A stretch of DNA of 64,000 nucleotides from an uncultured Phycisphaerales bacterium. GTDB lineage: Bacteria > Planctomycetota > Phycisphaerae > Tepidisphaerales > Tepidisphaeraceae. The notes under the pieces were generated by a model. That model made no database searches. It worked only from the letters and a program-made list of their open reading frames with translations, and was not told the origin of the DNA. Position numbers and translations under genes: made by a program. The stretch lies in assembly GCA_963758525.1 (NCBI GenBank), contig CAVWVQ010000003.1, positions 4,977,156 to 5,041,155 on the forward strand, written 5' to 3'. Of this stretch, positions 21,883-32,175 are shown in pieces (within the stretch, counting starts at the first letter, position 1; every line of letters begins with the position of its first letter).

Positions 21883-24800
21883 ATGTGGTTGAAGAAACGT
21901 CGCGGAAGTTGGAAGCGCGCGAACCTCGGACCCAAGAGCCGCGCCCGATTCGAGGTGCAGGTTCTGGAGCCACGGCGGCTGTTTTCATCGCTGGTCGTAA
22001 CCACCGTCGACGACTCCACGTCGCACGCCGGCTTTGTATCGCTCCGCGACGCCATTGCCACTGCCAACACCGACGCTGCCGGCGGGACGTCGGATACGAT
22101 CACGTTCGCTTCCAGTCTCAACGGAGACACGATCATCCTGGAGCAGGGGCCGCTGCACTTGAACGGCATGGCAGGCTCGGGCCAGGGGGCCATCACGATC
22201 AACGGAGCGAATCGGATCACCGTCAGCGGCAACGGCGGCAGCGTTTTCCAGGTCTCGGGGATAACCGCATCCATCTCGGACTTGACTATTACCGACGGCG
22301 ACGCCGGCAACAGCTTCTACAGCGGCGGCATTCTCAGTTACAGCGACAGCACACTCACCGTCGCGGGCTGCACCTTCTCCAATGACTCAGGCGGCGACAG
22401 CGGCGCCGGCGGCATTTACAACGAGGGCGCACTCACCGTGACCAACAGCGCCTTCGTGAATGACTCAGCCGGCACCGAAGGCGGCGGGATTTACAACGCA
22501 GGAGGCACGCTCACCGTCGTCAACAGCACGCTCTCGGACGATACGGCCGGCGGCAACGACGGCGGCGGCATTTATAATCTGGGCACGCTCACTGTTGTCA
22601 ACAGCACCCTCTCGGACGATACGGCCACCGATGGCGGCGGCATATACAACGAGGGGACGCTGACGCTGCTCAACACCATCGTCGCGGGAAACACCGCGTC
22701 ATCGGAGTCCGATGGGCCGGACATTAGCGGCGCCGTGCAATCCACCAGCACCGATAACCTGATCGGCGACGGCACCGACATGAGCGGCATCAGCGACGGA
22801 AGCGGCGGGAACCATATGGGTTACGATCCTCATCTGGGACCGCTCACCTATTACGGCGGCGCCACGCAGACGATGGCGCTGTTGCCCGGCAGTCCGGCCA
22901 TCGACGCCGGCGGCGCGATCACCAGCCTGACGAGCATCATCGGTTCCACGGACACGACCATCCCCGTAACCCTGGCGGCGGCCATTGCCAGCACGCCAGG
23001 CAGTTATGTCGTCCAGATCGACAGCGAACAGATGCTCGTCAGCAACGTGGACACGATCGGCAACAACCTGACGGTGACGCGCGGTTACAACGGCACCACG
23101 CCGACCGCGCACAACAATGGTTCGTCAGTGATCCTGCCCTTCGATCAGAACGGCCGCGCGCGGGTCGGGGTGGTAGACATCGGGGCATATGAGGCAACAT
23201 CGGCCGTGAACTTCGGCTCGCAGGTCGTCACCACCGCATTCGATGATCCGGTGCATACCGGCATTTCCCTGCGCGATGCGATCGGTCTGACTGAAGTCGA
23301 TGCCTCCAATGGTCATTCCGACACGATCACGTTCGCTTCGGGCCTCAACGGCGACACGATCATCCTGGCCCAGGGGGTGTTGGAACTCGGCGGCGTCGGC
23401 AGCGGCCTCACCACGATCAAAGGCGCGAATCAGATCTGGGTCAGCGGCAACGATCTCAGCGGCGTGTTCGAAGTAGACGATGGCGCGCAGGCCGTGATGA
23501 GCGGCCTGACGATCACGGGCGGCGGCGCCGTAGCAGGTGCCGCCATCGATGACGAGGGATTTTTGACCGTCAGCAACTCCACGTTCTCCGCGAATTTGGC
23601 CGGCGGGCTTGAGGACGGCGGGACGCTGACTGTCGCCGATTGCACGTTTGTCGGAAACTCCGGCGAGTCCGGCGGCGGTATCGACAACTTTGGCATTCTC
23701 AGCGTCAGCAATTCCACCTTTTCACAAAATACAGCCTCGCTCGGCGGCGGCATTTATAACGCCGCGACGGCGGCTGTCAGCAATTCCACCGTCAGCGGAA
23801 ATTCCGCGGAGGAAGGAGGCGGCATCTTTACGAAGATCGGTCCGCTGACGCTGTTGAACACGATCGTTGCCGGCGACACCGACTCATTGGCCGGCCCCGA
23901 CGTGTATGGCACTCTCCAAAACATCAGCACGTACAACCTGATCGGCGACAACACCGGTATGAGCGGCATTAGCAACGGCAGCGGCGGCAATCTGGTCGGA
24001 ACCAGCACCGCACCCGTCGCGGCCGGGCTTTTGCCGCCGGACTACAACGGCGGACCGACCCAGACGATGGCGTTGACGGCGGCCGGCCCCGCCCGCCATG
24101 CCGGCGGCCGGATCACCAGCCTGACCGCCCCGGCCACCGCCAGCGCAACGGGCATCGCCGTCGGGCTCCCCTCTGCGGTTGCCAGCACGCCCGGCAGCTA
24201 CGTCATTCTGATCGACACCGAGCAGATGCTGGTGACGAATGTCAACGGAAACATGCTCATCGTCACGCGCGGTTACAACGGCACCACTGCGGCGTCCCAC
24301 AGCCTGGGCGCGAAGGTCTTTCTGGCCACCGACCAGACCGGCGCCCGCGCGTTGGAGCGCCCGACATCGGCGCGTATCAGTATCGGACCGTCACCAGCAG
24401 CGTGAAGCCGCTTCCTGCCACAGAACTGACAACGAGCTTTCCCGTGTCATGGTCAGGCACCCCCGGCAGCGACGGGTACGGCGTGGCGAACTATTCGATC
24501 TACGTCTCCGACAACGACGCGCAGTACACGCTCTGGAAGCATATGACCACCGGCACTTCCGGCACGTTTACCGGCGCGAACGGCCATACCTATCGCTTCT
24601 ACAGCGTGGCTGAGGACACCGACAACAACATTCAGGCAACACCAACCGCTCCCCAGGCGACCACTACGGTTCAAACCGCGGCCTCCAGCAAGACGACCCT
24701 GACCAAGAGCACCACCTCCGCCATTGCGTATGGCCAGAGTGTCACGTTTACCGCCATGGTTGCCCCGGCCGGCACCAATTCCCTGACGCCGACCGGCACG

Positions 24801-25565
24801 GTGACGTTCGAGGATGGGTCGACCGTGCTGGGTACCGCCACGCTCAGCGGCGGAGTCGCCAACTTCACCACGACCATGCTTCCTACCGGCAGTAACTCCA
24901 TCAAGGCGATATACGGCGCCGACAGCAACTTTGCCGCCAGCACATCAAATTCCCTTGCTCAGACCGTCGCTCAGTCGGCCACGACCACGGCGTTGACCAA
25001 GAGCACCACGACCACCGCCAAGTTCGGCCAGGGCATCACCTTCACCGCGACCATGGCCGCCGTCAGCCCCGGTGCCGGCACGCCCACCGGCACGGTCACG
25101 TTCGAAGACGGCTCGACGGTCATCGCCACCGGCGCGCTCAGCGGCGGCGTCGCAAAGTTCACCACCACGTCCCTTGCCGTGGGAAGCCATTCGATCAAGG
25201 CCATCTACGCGGGCGACACCAACTTCACCACCAGCACGTCCACATCCGTGGGTCAGACGGTGGCCCAGTCGTCGACAACCACCAAGCTGACCAAGAACAC
25301 CACGTCCGCGATCAAGTCGGGCCAGAGCATGACGTTCACCGCCACGCTTGCCGCAGTGAGTCCCGGCGCGGGGACGCCCACCGGCGTTGTGACGTTCTAC
25401 GACAACGGCAATTCCATCGGCAACGGCACGCTGAGCGGCGGGATCGCGACACTGACCACGACGACGCTCCCGGTCGGCAGCAATTCGATTACGGCTGTCT
25501 ACGGAGGCGACACAGACTTCACGACGAGCACGTCGAGCGCAATTTCGCAGACAGTTACGTCGTAG
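21883..25565 (+). CDS. Large secreted surface protein, paralogue G (two head modules); one frameshift
   Basis: ATG 21883 MWLKKRR...QVLEPRRLFS. Frameshift near 24355 into 24402..25565. Ends SQTVTS*. Confidence 0.85.
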
Positions 25566-25958
25566 CCAGTCTGGAACAACCGCGGCCATCCCCGCGGCTC
25601 ACGCGATCGCGGCCCACGCTCACGAACCCGATCGTGCCAGCGCACGGGCATTGCCACGATAAAGGCGGCAAGCTGGGTGAAACCGGTGATTTGGGTGCGA
25701 ATGCGATCATCTTTCGGACTATCTAGTCAATGGCCCGATAACATTTACTTCAGAGGTGGAAGTTGCTAGCTTCGCCGGACAAACGGTGAGTGCAGTCTCG
25801 CACAATTTTCCATTTCGATCGATTCACAAGATTGGATGTGCCGCACATCCCGCAGCGACTTGCTTCTCTCTTTTGTGCATGGAGGTCGTCTCGGGGAAGC
25901 GAACGACCGGCAAATCACCGCTCTGATCCGCGATTGTCCCGGGAAGGAATTGCAAATC

Positions 25959-28900
25959 ATGGCATCCAGAAACCGCCGTAAGGCATCTTGGTCAGCGCGC
26001 ACGAGAATTCAATGTTGTTGCGAGGCCCTGGAATTCCGGCGGTTGTTGACATCGATTGTTGTGACCTCCACGGCTGACGACGGAGGGAGCGGGGAACTGC
26101 GGGCCGCTGTTGCCCAGGCCTATACAGCCGCAAAGTATGGAACTGCCGACACAATCACGTTCGATCCAAGTTTGAGCGGCCAGACGATCACGCTGACCCA
26201 GGGTTTTGTGAGACTCGGGTTGGGGGATGGCAACTTGGTACCAACCCCGGTCACCATCGACGGCGGGAATCAGATCACCGTCAGCGGTGGAGGCACGAGT
26301 CAGGTGTTCGACGTGAATTCAGGCGCTGTCGCGGTGGTCACGGGGCTGACAATTACGCGAGGCTTCGTTGACGGCACGTCCGGTCTCGCGACTGCGTCCG
26401 GCGGCGGTGCAATTTTCAACAACGGCACGCTGACGCTGACAAACAGTATCGTGTCAGGGAGCACGGCGTCCACGGCCACCGGCGGCGGTCTCTACAACGC
26501 GGGCACACTCACGGTCAACAACACGACTTTCTCGGGAAACAATGCCGACAACGGTGGCGGCGGAATCGAAAATGTCGGCACGGCGACGGTGGCCAACTCA
26601 ACATTCAGCGCAAACAGCTCATTGGGATCGGGTCTGTTTACCAGCGGCGGAGGAATCGATAATGAAAACGTGCTGAGCGTGGTGAACTCCACGTTCTATG
26701 AAAATGCGGCATATGACGGCGGCGGGATCGGCAACTTCGGCACGCTGACGGTCAGTCAATCCACGTTGAGCGGCAACTCCGCGGTTTCGACGGGCGGATC
26801 AGCCAACTCTCCTGCCGGCGGTGGAATTGCCGACTTCGGTGACTCCGCGACACTCTTGAGCACGATCGTGGCGCAGAACGGCGGAAGCGACGGCGTCATC
26901 GGGCCGGATGTCTACAGTCATTCGACATCATCGAGCACAAACAACCTGATCGGCGACGGCAGCGATTATTTCGGTGCGACCAACGGCAGCAGCGGAAACA
27001 AGGTGGGCACGGACGCAAGTCCGATCGATCCGAAGCTGGCGCCATTGGCCAATTACGGCGGTTTCACGCAAACCATGGCGCTCAAGCCCGGCAGCCCGGC
27101 AATCAACGCGGGTGGTTCGGTCACATCCCTCAGCGCTGCGGCAACGTCATCCGCGACGACGATCAACCTAGCCAACGGCGCGGCGATCGCCAGCACCAAC
27201 GGGCAATATGTCATTCAGATCGGCAGCGAGGAAATGCTCGTCACGGCAGTGTCGGATAACACGCTGACAGTCACTCGCGGATATCACGGCACCACGGCCG
27301 CTTCGCACAGCTCGGGGACAGGCGTAATTGTGCACTTCGATCAAACCGGCCGGCCGCGCCTGGGCACAGCCGATATCGGCGCGTTCGAAGTGGAAGGGAC
27401 CAGTCAGGTCGTTACGACCGCATCGGACGCGGTGAACCACACTGGTGTGTCACTGCGTGATGCGATGGCGCGAGCGGATTTCGATGCGTCCAATGGCCAA
27501 TCTGACACGATCACTTTTTCCGCGGCGCTGGCGGGCCAGACGATTACGCTGGTCCAGGGGACTTTGGTTCTGCAGGATGCAGGAAGCGGAACAACGACCA
27601 TCAACGGCGGCGGTGTGATCACGGTGGGCGGCAATCCCAATTTTGGTGTTTTCAGTGTTTCCAGTGGCGTGCATGCTTCGCTATCGGGCCTGCAGCTCAG
27701 TGGGGGAGAAAAGAATGGAGGCATCAGCGGTGGGGCAATCTACAATGACGGCACGCTCGCCGTTGCCAATTGCACATTCTCCAATGACGGGTTCTCCAAT
27801 GACGGTGGAGCGATCTACAACGACAGCGCTGGTGCGCTGACCATCACAAATTCCACGTTCTCAGGAAACTCTGCCAATGACGGCGGTGCAATTGATAACT
27901 TCGGCACGGCAACCATCGCGAACTCCACTTTCTCCTCCAACACTGCTTTTGAACACGGCGGCGCCATCGATAATGATTCGGGCACGCTGACGGTCAGCAA
28001 CTGCACCTTTTCTGGAAACCACGGCGAATACGGCGGGGCTGTTGACAACGGGGGCACGCTTTCGATCAGCAACTGTACGATCTCCGGAAATTCCGCGCAC
28101 AACCCCGGTGGTGGGGTCAGCAGCAACGGCCCTTCCCTTGTTCTGATGAATTCAATCGTCGCGCAAAACACCGACGATGGCATGGGGCCGGATATCTCTG
28201 CTGATCAGTCAGGCGGAAGCAACAATCTGATCGGCGACGGCACGGGCGACGGCGGCATCACCAACGGCACGAACGGTAATATGGTGGGCACGAGCGCCAA
28301 CCCGATCGATCCGAAGCTGGGGCCATTAGCCAACTACGGCGGGGCGACGCAGACCATGGCGCTCAAGCCCGGCAGCCCGGCAATCAACGCGGGCGGTTCG
28401 ATCACATTGCTCAGCGCGGCGGCAACTTCATCCGCGACGACGATCACCGTCGCCAACGGCGCGGCCATCGCCAGCACCAACGGGCAGTACATCATTCAGA
28501 TCGGCAGCGAGCAGATGCTCGTCACGACAGTGTCGGGTAACACGCTGACAGTCACGCGCGGATACAACGGCACGACGGCGGCATCGCACACTTCCGGAAC
28601 GGGCGTGATTCTTCCGTTCGATCAGACCGGCCTGGCGCGGGTGGGCACGCCGGATATCGGCGCCTTCGAGGCCCAAGGAACCAGCCTGGTCGTGACAACG
28701 GCCTCGGATGCGGCAAACCATACGCAAATCTCGCTGCGCGATGCGATGCAGCGGGCGGATGCTGATGCATCCAATGGCCAATCCGACACGATTACCTTTG
28801 CCGCTGCGCTGGCGGGCCAGAAGATTACCCCGGTCCAGGGAAGTTTTAACTTGCAGGATGCCGGCAGTGGAACGACGACCATCAACGGCGGTGGTGTGAT

Positions 28901-31136
28901 CACGTTAGGCGGTAATTCGCTTGCAGATGTATTCAATTTTTCCAGTGGCGTGCACGCTTTGCTAACGGGCCTCAAGATCAGCGGAGAACAAAATGGAGGC
29001 TCCAGCGGTGGCGCAATCTACAATGCCGGCACGCTCGCGGTCGCCAATTGCACATTCTCCAATAACACCTCTCAAAACAATGGCGGAGCGATCTACAGTG
29101 ATGGTGCGCTGACCGTCACAAATTCCACGTTCTCTGGAAACACTGCCTATGACGGCGGGGCAATCGACAGCGATGGGGATATAACCATCATCAGCAGCAG
29201 CTTTACCGGCAATTCGGCGGAGTTTGGCGGCGCCGTTGAAAATGGTTCAGGTGGGACCCTCGCAAACTCAAGCTTCACCAGCAACAGTGCAACTTCCGAC
29301 GGGGGCGCTGTCCATAACTGGGGCACGCTTTCGATCAGCAACAGTACGATCTCCGGAAATTCCGCGACTCGTAACGGTAATGGGATCTACAGCGGCGGCC
29401 CTTCCCTTACTCTGGTGAATTCGATCGTGGCGCAAAACACCGACGCTGGCACGGGGGCGGATATCTCGGCTTCTCAGTCAAGGGGAAACAACAATCTGAT
29501 CGGCGATGGCACGGGCGACGGCGGCATCACCAACGGCACGAACGGTAACCAGGTCGGCACGACAGCGGCCCCCATCGACCCCGGCGTAGTTTCCCAGAGT
29601 TACAACAACGGCAACAGCACGGTGCTCGCGCTCAAGTCCACCAGCCCCGCCCGCGATGCCGGCGGTGCAATCGCCTTGTTGGACGGAGCCGTCGCCAGCA
29701 CCGACACGTCAATTGCCCTTCAGGGTAACGCTGCTGGCATCGCCAGTACGCCGGCAAGCTACGTGATCAAGGTCGACAACGAGCAGATGCTCGTGACTAG
29801 CGTCGACATCGCTGGTGAACAGCTGACAGTCGTCCGCGGGTACAACGGAACAACGGCCGCGGCACACGCCGGAAGCGCGGGGATTTCCTTTGCATACGAC
29901 CAGATCGGCCAGTTGCGCGACAGCACGCCGGATATCGGCGCGTTCGAATACCAACCGTCCACCACCACGAAACTCACGAAGAGCACCTCGACCGCCATCA
30001 AGTTTGGGCAAAGCGTGACGTTCACGGCGACGATTGCCGCGGTGGGAACCAACGCCAACACCCCTTCCGGCAGCGTCACCTTCCAGGACGGAACAACCCT
30101 GCTCGGAACCGGCGCCGTCAGCGGCGGCGTTGCCACCTTGACGACCACCACGATTCCCACTGGCAGCAATTCGATCGAGGCCGTCTACAGCGGCGACTCC
30201 AACTTCACCACCAGCACGTCCAGCGCCCTGACGCAAACGGTCAGCAAGGCTTCGACAACCAGCGCACTGACCAAAAACACCACCGGCGCCACCAAGTTCG
30301 GCCAGAGCGTGACGTTCACGGCAAAGCTTGCCGCCGTCAGCCCCGGCGCCGGCACACCGACCGGCACCGTCACGTTCAAAGACGGCTCGACCACGCTTGG
30401 CACAGCCACGCTCAGCAGCGGCGTCGCGAAGTTCACAACCACCGCGCTCCCCGTCGCCAGCAACTCCATCACTGCCGTCTATGGTGGCGACGCCAACTTC
30501 AACACGAGCACGTCCAGCGCGTTGACGCAAACGGTCAGCAAGGCTTCGACGACCACCGCCCTGACCAAAAACACCACCGGCGCCACCAAGTTTGGCCAGA
30601 GCGTGACGTTCACGGCAAAGCTTGCCGCCGTCAGCCCCGGCGCCGGTACACCGACCGGCACCGTGACGTTCAAGAATGGCTCGACCACGCTTGGCACAGC
30701 CACGCTCGGCAGCGGCGTAGCGAAGTTCACAACCACGTCGCTCCCGGTCGCCAGCAACTCCATCACCGCCGTTTATGGTGGCGACGCCGAGTTCAACACG
30801 AGCACTTCCGGCGCGTTGACCCAGACCGTCAGCAAGGCCTCAACGACCACCAAGCTGACCAAGAACACCACCACCGCCATCCATTCGGGCCAGAGCGTGA
30901 CGTTCACGGCCACACTCGCCGCAGTGAGTCCGGCGCGCGGGACGCCCACCGGCATCGTCACGTTCTATGACAACGGCAGCACCATGCTCGGCACCGGCAC
31001 GCTCAGCGGCGGGATCGCGACGTTCACCACCACGACGCTGCCCGTCGGCAGCAACTCGATCACGGCTGCCTATGGAGGGGACACGGACTTCACGACGAGC
31101 ACGTCGAGCGCGATTTCGCAGACCGTTACGTCGTAG
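25959..31136 (+). CDS. Large secreted surface protein, paralogue H (three head modules, four Ig-like repeats); intact
   Basis: ATG 25959 follows GGAAGGA. MASRNRRK...EALEFRRLLT leader. Uninterrupted frame with three modules each ending DIGAFE. Ends SQTVTS*. Confidence 0.9.
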   Translation: MASRNRRKASWSARTRIQCCCEALEFRRLLTSIVVTSTADDGGSGELRAAVAQAYTAAKYGTADTITFDPSLSGQTITLTQGFVRLGLGDGNLVPTPVTIDGGNQITVSGGGTSQVFDVNSGAVAVVTGLTITRGFVDGTSGLATASGGGAIFNNGTLTLTNSIVSGSTASTATGGGLYNAGTLTVNNTTFSGNNADNGGGGIENVGTATVANSTFSANSSLGSGLFTSGGGIDNENVLSVVNSTFYENAAYDGGGIGNFGTLTVSQSTLSGNSAVSTGGSANSPAGGGIADFGDSATLLSTIVAQNGGSDGVIGPDVYSHSTSSSTNNLIGDGSDYFGATNGSSGNKVGTDASPIDPKLAPLANYGGFTQTMALKPGSPAINAGGSVTSLSAAATSSATTINLANGAAIASTNGQYVIQIGSEEMLVTAVSDNTLTVTRGYHGTTAASHSSGTGVIVHFDQTGRPRLGTADIGAFEVEGTSQVVTTASDAVNHTGVSLRDAMARADFDASNGQSDTITFSAALAGQTITLVQGTLVLQDAGSGTTTINGGGVITVGGNPNFGVFSVSSGVHASLSGLQLSGGEKNGGISGGAIYNDGTLAVANCTFSNDGFSNDGGAIYNDSAGALTITNSTFSGNSANDGGAIDNFGTATIANSTFSSNTAFEHGGAIDNDSGTLTVSNCTFSGNHGEYGGAVDNGGTLSISNCTISGNSAHNPGGGVSSNGPSLVLMNSIVAQNTDDGMGPDISADQSGGSNNLIGDGTGDGGITNGTNGNMVGTSANPIDPKLGPLANYGGATQTMALKPGSPAINAGGSITLLSAAATSSATTITVANGAAIASTNGQYIIQIGSEQMLVTTVSGNTLTVTRGYNGTTAASHTSGTGVILPFDQTGLARVGTPDIGAFEAQGTSLVVTTASDAANHTQISLRDAMQRADADASNGQSDTITFAAALAGQKITPVQGSFNLQDAGSGTTTINGGGVITLGGNSLADVFNFSSGVHALLTGLKISGEQNGGSSGGAIYNAGTLAVANCTFSNNTSQNNGGAIYSDGALTVTNSTFSGNTAYDGGAIDSDGDITIISSSFTGNSAEFGGAVENGSGGTLANSSFTSNSATSDGGAVHNWGTLSISNSTISGNSATRNGNGIYSGGPSLTLVNSIVAQNTDAGTGADISASQSRGNNNLIGDGTGDGGITNGTNGNQVGTTAAPIDPGVVSQSYNNGNSTVLALKSTSPARDAGGAIALLDGAVASTDTSIALQGNAAGIASTPASYVIKVDNEQMLVTSVDIAGEQLTVVRGYNGTTAAAHAGSAGISFAYDQIGQLRDSTPDIGAFEYQPSTTTKLTKSTSTAIKFGQSVTFTATIAAVGTNANTPSGSVTFQDGTTLLGTGAVSGGVATLTTTTIPTGSNSIEAVYSGDSNFTTSTSSALTQTVSKASTTSALTKNTTGATKFGQSVTFTAKLAAVSPGAGTPTGTVTFKDGSTTLGTATLSSGVAKFTTTALPVASNSITAVYGGDANFNTSTSSALTQTVSKASTTTALTKNTTGATKFGQSVTFTAKLAAVSPGAGTPTGTVTFKNGSTTLGTATLGSGVAKFTTTSLPVASNSITAVYGGDAEFNTSTSGALTQTVSKASTTTKLTKNTTTAIHSGQSVTFTATLAAVSPARGTPTGIVTFYDNGSTMLGTGTLSGGIATFTTTTLPVGSNSITAAYGGDTDFTTSTSSAISQTVTS
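30231..30818 (+). repeat. Near-identical 294-bp tandem duplication encoding two Ig-like domains
   Basis: ACGCAAACGGTCAGCAAGGCTTCGAC starts at 30231 and again at 30525, and the intervening sequence repeats with few substitutions. Confidence 0.9.
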
Positions 31137-31197
31137 CCTTCGCGTTTGTGAGCAGAATTCGAGGGATTTGTTTATCACGCCCCCGGGCAACAATCGG

Positions 31198-31223
31198 CAC
31201 GGGCAAATCGACACGGGCAAATC
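31198..31223. promoter_or_regulatory. Perfect 12-bp direct repeat upstream of the protease operon (candidate regulator site)
   Basis: CACGGGCAAATC at 31198-31209 and 31212-31223, with a partial third copy (CGGGCAA) just upstream. Confidence 0.4.
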
Positions 31224-31327
31224 TTGCAATTTTCCTGCAACAGAATTAGCCTCGCCGCATGTTGTAGTACGTGTCTGGGCGGCACATGCGTGTTTGAGGC
31301 GGCGGCAAATCTTAACGGAGGAAACTC

Positions 31328-32082
31328 ATGAATCTCTCCTGCTCGCGATTCGTCAGGAACTTTTGGGCTGCAAGTGCGTCCATGCTCATGGCTGCGCGCT
31401 GGGCTGCGCAAGCAACTCGGCCGCTCCCAAGGCGCAGGGCTGTCCGACGACGGTGCCCGCCAACACGATTGCGGCGTCGGCAAGCTCGGTGCGCGGGCTG
31501 GGAGAATTGGATACGCCCTCAATGGCGGCGGGGGCTGGAGCTTCGAAAGAAGGTGCGGTCAATGAGCGCGCTCTGACGGGCGGCGCGAGCGCACGTGGAT
31601 TTGACTTTGGCGACAGTGGCGGCGGGGGCGCCAACGGCGGACCGTTGAGCTTCGAACAACTCGGGCAGTTGCTGCAAAGTCTTGGCAGCGCTCCGCAGGT
31701 TCATGCCGGAATGTATGTCTACCAGATCAAGGAAGAGTCGGGGCTCACCTATCCCCTGGTCATCAGCTTGAGCCAGGATCAGCGGGCAGTTTATTTTCTG
31801 GTTCCGTTGGTCCCCGTCGATCCGCAGGGCTGGGCCAATCAGGAGTCGTTGTTCAAACTTCTGGCGGGAAACTCGGTTATCTGCCCGGCATCGTTTGGGA
31901 TCGTCGGCCAGAAGCTGTTCCTGCTTTTGGGCGTTGCCAACATGAATGTGAGCGCGGAGAGCCTGAAGCTCGATATCTCCTATATGTTCGAGACAGTTCA
32001 TAAGACCAAGCCGCTGTGGGTTCCGTGGATGGGGACCGGCGGCGGAGGTGGGAATAGCGGCGGCGGCAACCCGTTCCAATAA
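31328..32082 (+). CDS. Lipoprotein with CesT/YbjN-like (type III chaperone fold) domain, copy 1; one frameshift in the signal peptide
   Basis: GGAGG RBS precedes ATG 31328. Restoring one base near 31395 gives MNLSCSRFVRNFWAASASMLMAAALG|C, matching the next gene's signal. Domain LSFEQLGQLL..LG...YPLVISLSQD...LFKLLAGN. Ends GGGNPFQ. Confidence 0.7.
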
Positions 32083-32175
32083 TGGTGACGCCGCGATCGA
32101 TTCGATGATTGGCGCTCTCTGTTACGTACAACTAATAAGTGAAGAACTCCTGATACCCCATTTGAAAGGGCAGTC

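Noticed and set aside
1750..24360. Programmed frameshifting or phase variation of the surface-protein genes
   Set aside because: The breaks are at different, non-conserved positions without long slippery tracts, and similar breaks occur in RND, porin and hsdS genes.
1..31136. Many long antisense and alternate-frame ORFs (e.g. Pro-rich 11657..12064 and 14234..15025)
   Set aside because: They are shadows of GC-rich, Gly/Thr-repeat coding sequence on the plus strand, with no independent motifs or RBS.
1..31136. Diversity-generating retroelement or invertase shufflon driving array variation
   Set aside because: No reverse transcriptase or recombinase gene is in the window, all copies are co-directional, and I saw no adenine-specific TR/VR pair.
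31195..31230. Sigma-54 promoter (GGCAC...TTGC)
   Set aside because: The GG-to-GC spacing does not fit the required GG-N10-GC.
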